From an uncultured Phycisphaerales bacterium (lineage in GTDB: Bacteria > Planctomycetota > Phycisphaerae > Sedimentisphaerales > Anaerobacaceae): DNA of 64,000 nt. Shown here piece after piece: positions 60,737 to 64,000 of this stretch. Position 1 is the stretch's first letter. Every line of letters begins with the position of its first letter. Below the pieces are notes generated by a model that made no database searches, was not told where the DNA came from, and was given only the letters and a program-made list of their open reading frames with translations. The translations under genes were made by a program, and so were the position numbers. The stretch lies in NCBI GenBank assembly GCA_963772725.1, contig CAVYYI010000001.1, forward strand, positions 1,261,231-1,325,230, written 5' to 3'.

Positions 60737-62182
60737 CTACGGCTGGGTTTCCGCCGCTTTCTTTTCTGCGCGGGTGTCTTTCGGGCCCAGCAATGGGAAA
60801 TTCGTAGAGTTATAACCTTCCTGTTCCACCGCCGTCATCACCGGAGTATCGATAATCCGCGGTGTTATGAAAACGATAATTTCGCTGGTCAGCGTGTCTT
60901 CACCTTCAAATCTAAACAGCGGGCCTAAGAGAGGCAAATCTCCGAGGAGCGGAATCTTGTTGGTCTGCTTAACAACATCTTTCTTTCGCAATCCACCAAG
61001 AACCACGGTATAGCCGTCTTTCACAAGTGTTATTGTGTTAACGGCACGTCTGTCAACTGTCGGAACCTTAGTTACTAAATCCTGAGATACAATAACGCTG
61101 AATTGTGGATTAATATTCAATCTTAACAGGCCTTCGTTAATATCTGTAACATGAGGTCTTACTTTAAGCGAAACACCGACATCCTTGAATCGAATTGTTT
61201 CGGTAGCAAGATTGCCGCCTGTAGTGGTCTCGGTATAAGGTATTTCTCTGACAATATTAAAATCAGCGACCTCATTATCAAGTACGAGCAATCTCGGATT
61301 TGCAAGCAGTTTTGCAGTAGTACCTTCAGCCTGTGCTTTTATTATTGCATCGATATCAGTATTGCCGCTTAACCAGCCGAGTCGCAGCGATCCCGTGGTA
61401 TCAGATGTTTTCGATGTTGCAGCATCAAAAGTTCCGATTCCGAACGGTGTTGTGTTGCCAGCAGTAGCATTTGTACCTACAGGATTTGTAAGAGACTCTC
61501 TTGACAGTGTTGTATTAGTTCCAGCCTGCCATTGAACACCAAGGTCGAGTGTGTCATGATGTGATATATCATAGATTCTGACCTCAACCAGTATCTGCGG
61601 TGTTTTGCGGTCGATATCATTAATGAAATTTTCTATGGCAACAATCCTGCTTTTTGTATCGGTAACAATTAGATTGCTTGTGCCTACATTCGATGATATA
61701 CTTCCTTCCTTGGAGATAAACTTTTGCAGCGCCATTTCAACGCTTTTCACATCAGCGTATTTGATATGAAATATCCTGTTAACAATTTCTTCTCTGACAT
61801 CAACAATGTCTTTTCGGGGAAGTATCCTAATCATATTTTCAGTAGTAACATAACCGTACCCCTGAACAGCAAGAATATTATCCAGTGCCTCACCGAGGGG
61901 AATATCCGTCAGGGTCGCGGTAACGGTTCCCATAACCGCGGGACTTTTTACAATGTCAATTTCGGCCTGAGTAGCCATAGCACGAAGAACGTCGTCAATC
62001 GGCGTGTCCTTAAAATCAACACTGATTTTTTTCTGCAGCCGCTGCTGAGCCATAGTCATAGTTCCGTCCCCTACACCCTGCACAGGCGTATCCTTGGCAT
62101 TGATGACACCTGCCGCCAGGATAATGAAGGACAAGAACAAACTGTGTCCGCACGACCATTTTTTTAACCTACCGTTTTCCAT
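60737..62182 (-). CDS. Secretin (PilQ/GspD family)
   Basis: ISVDFKDTPI STN/N0, PQILVEVRI, LLANPRLLVLDN, KIPLLGDLPLLGPLFR, FITPRI. Confidence 0.93.
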   Translation of the reverse strand: MENGRLKKWSCGHSLFLSFIILAAGVINAKDTPVQGVGDGTMTMAQQRLQKKISVDFKDTPIDDVLRAMATQAEIDIVKSPAVMGTVTATLTDIPLGEALDNILAVQGYGYVTTENMIRILPRKDIVDVREEIVNRIFHIKYADVKSVEMALQKFISKEGSISSNVGTSNLIVTDTKSRIVAIENFINDIDRKTPQILVEVRIYDISHHDTLDLGVQWQAGTNTTLSRESLTNPVGTNATAGNTTPFGIGTFDAATSKTSDTTGSLRLGWLSGNTDIDAIIKAQAEGTTAKLLANPRLLVLDNEVADFNIVREIPYTETTTGGNLATETIRFKDVGVSLKVRPHVTDINEGLLRLNINPQFSVIVSQDLVTKVPTVDRRAVNTITLVKDGYTVVLGGLRKKDVVKQTNKIPLLGDLPLLGPLFRFEGEDTLTSEIIVFITPRIIDTPVMTAVEQEGYNSTNFPLLGPKDTRAEKKAAETQP

Positions 62183-62244
62183 TAGAAACCCTTTCTAAAT
62201 TTAACAACAAATAATCCTTTCTTGTTTCTCTCTGCATAACGCTT

Positions 62245-62997
62245 TTATCGACTTGCACCCACGGTGGCAGTCGAACTTTTTCCATCCTTATCTTTAAACT
62301 CCACGGAATTTTTGTTTATATTAACAATAGTAAAACCATAAATTTCCTGCCCTTTTGTGTAATATTTGCCTCCTATTATAGCCACGGATTTTTCGGAATT
62401 GTCCGGATTAAAGACAATACCTGATATAAGCGGTTCGCTGCCTGCAAAGTTCTCTTCTGCAGAACTTCCCGACGGCGATGACATTCCCGCAGCAATCATC
62501 GGATTACGAAGGCTGCCGGGCAGCGGATTTGGCGGGATAAAGTTAATTTTTAAATCGGATATGACTCTATCTGATAAAGGTTTGGGTGTAAATGGTTTAT
62601 TGGGTTGTCTAAAAATAACCAAAAGGACTGCCACAAGTACTATCGACAGGACACCAACGAGAACAGCCATCTTTTTTTGTCTCTGGTCAATTTGGCCATC
62701 TTTTGAGATGAACAACTTGTCAACAAATCCACTACAAACAGTCAATGTTTTACGGACATTACCGGCCAGGTCAGGCGCCGCATCGAGTTGTTCAGTCAAT
62801 TCGAAAGGTTTGGAAGGCGCTGCCTGCGGCGTTTGCCGAGGTTCAGTATATGCTGGACGTTTATTCTCCAGAGTCTGGGCGGGTGCATAACTCTGCTGCA
62901 CATAGTTTTCCGAAGGCACATCATCCGGCCTGCCCGGCAGAGGCACTCCGTCAAATATTGACGATATTTTCTTTTGCAGCCCCGTTTTTCGCTTCAC
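62245..62997 (-). CDS. Bitopic membrane protein with PilP/GspB-like periplasmic domain and basic N-terminal peptide
   Basis: [17 protein letters not shown]; Pro/Gln-rich linker; TM helix; LRNPM; ISGIVFN...AIIGGKYY..G..I.GFTIVNI. Confidence 0.65.
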   Translation of the reverse strand: MKRKTGLQKKISSIFDGVPLPGRPDDVPSENYVQQSYAPAQTLENKRPAYTEPRQTPQAAPSKPFELTEQLDAAPDLAGNVRKTLTVCSGFVDKLFISKDGQIDQRQKKMAVLVGVLSIVLVAVLLVIFRQPNKPFTPKPLSDRVISDLKINFIPPNPLPGSLRNPMIAAGMSSPSGSSAEENFAGSEPLISGIVFNPDNSEKSVAIIGGKYYTKGQEIYGFTIVNINKNSVEFKDKDGKSSTATVGASR

Positions 62998-63747
62998 TGG
63001 TAATCTCCTTGGCTAATGCCTTATATTCAATCGCCCCTTTGCAGTGGGGGTCATAAGTCAATACAGATTCTCCTGCGCTAGGCGCTTCGGCAAGACGAAC
63101 GTTCCTGTGAATAACCGTATCAAATACAAGGTCACCGAAAAATCCCTTGGTTTGTTCCTGAATATCTCTGCTCAGCGCCGCCCTGCTTTCCACAAACGTC
63201 AGAAGTATTCCGAGTATTTTCAATTCCGAATTAAAACGCGATTTTGTAATAGACACTGTTTCCATCAGCTGCTTAAGTCCCTCGAGCGCATAATAGTGCG
63301 TTTGAAGCGGAACAATCACCTCCTGGCAGGCCACCAGCGCGTTAAGGGTCAGCAGGTTAAGCGAAGGCGAACAGTCAATAACGCAAAATTCATAATTACC
63401 GTTTAAGGATTGAAGACGCTTGCGAAGGACATATTCCCTGTTATACTGACTCACAAGCTGCGGCTCGGCGCCTGAAAGCAGAACATTGCTCGGAATCAGA
63501 CTAAGCCCCTCAATATTAGTAGATACTATAGCACCGGATATCGGGGCGCTGGGTCCATTAAAATGTCATAAATTGTTCTGTGCTGCTCATCAGGCGAAGC
63601 TCCTACCGCTAAAGTCGCGTGTGCCTGGGGGTCAAGGTCGATAAGAAGCACCTTTCTTCCCTCAAGCGCAAGAGCAGCGGACAAATTGACCGAAGTGGTC
63701 GTTTTGCCGCACCCGCCTTTTTGATTTGCTACCGCTATTGTTCTCAT
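62951..63747 (-). CDS. ParA/Soj-family ATPase, one frameshift near 63526
   Basis: [36 protein letters not shown]. Confidence 0.93.
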
Positions 63748-64000
63748 TTCTCGTTAAAAGTCTTTTCTTCAAAAGCCGCACTGGCCAGAGCAGTTTGGGA
63801 CAATTTGTTTCCCGGATATACTGCTGTCCTGCCTTTATCGTCCTTTCCAATAAAAAACATCAGGGCTAATTGCGATTTATGATTTGGCTGGCCGCCGCTT
63901 GCCCGCTCAAAAGTGAACTTGTCCACAAATACAACGGGTCTGTGACGCTCCAGCGCGTTTATAAACTCCGCGAACTGCTGATAACCGGATAAAAATGTCA
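63744..64000 (-). CDS. C-terminal part of a PilO-like protein (truncated by the window edge)
   Basis: Open frame [28 protein letters not shown] resembles the PilO G-Y..F..F...LE motif; stop overlaps the parA ATG. Confidence 0.5.
   Translation of the reverse strand, partial: TFLSGYQQFAEFINALERHRPVVFVDKFTFERASGGQPNHKSQLALMFFIGKDDKGRTAVYPGNKLSQTALASAAFEEKTFNEK

Noticed and set aside
62951..63747. Chromosomal parAB/oriC locus
   Set aside because: No parB, parS palindrome, dnaA or gid genes were seen nearby, and the neighbours are pilus-type genes

Overview
Bacterial chromosomal window, most likely from a Planctomycetota (Phycisphaerae/Sedimentisphaerales-like) genome. This is an inference from the PEP-CTERM and GLUG/dockerin-like secreted proteins, the EF-P loop PGNLR and nusA lacking an upstream rimP. 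Bases 1-5.4 kb are the right end of a compact integrative, phage-satellite-like element inserted at tRNA-Glu(TTC). It carries a tyrosine integrase, Xis/AlpA-like HTH genes, a Rep-like gene with iterons, a large wHTH protein behind a structured RNA leader, and a PEP-CTERM cargo gene. The rest is mostly core or near-core: purE, LPS glycosyltransferases, a radical SAM protein, groESL, mutS, an RND efflux operon, efp, hisG, nusA-infB-rbfA, an M16 peptidase, two alpha-glucan/glycogen loci, a PAS kinase/NarL pair and the end of a type IV pilus-like operon. Many genes, including essential ones, carry frameshifts that look like sequencing or assembly indels. The best candidates for undescribed biology are: (1) a ParA ATPase embedded between pilO-like and pilP-like/pilQ genes, whose PilP-like partner starts with a ParB-like peptide; (2) a pseudoknot-capable RNA leader that can occlude the RBS of the island wHTH gene; (3) an orphan phage-type initiator/loader pair with an internal 11-bp iteron array; (4) a GH57-glycogen synthase fusion, plus csrA embedded in a glycogen operon. 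No CRISPR array or rRNA was seen. All calls come from reading the sequence; no searches were run.
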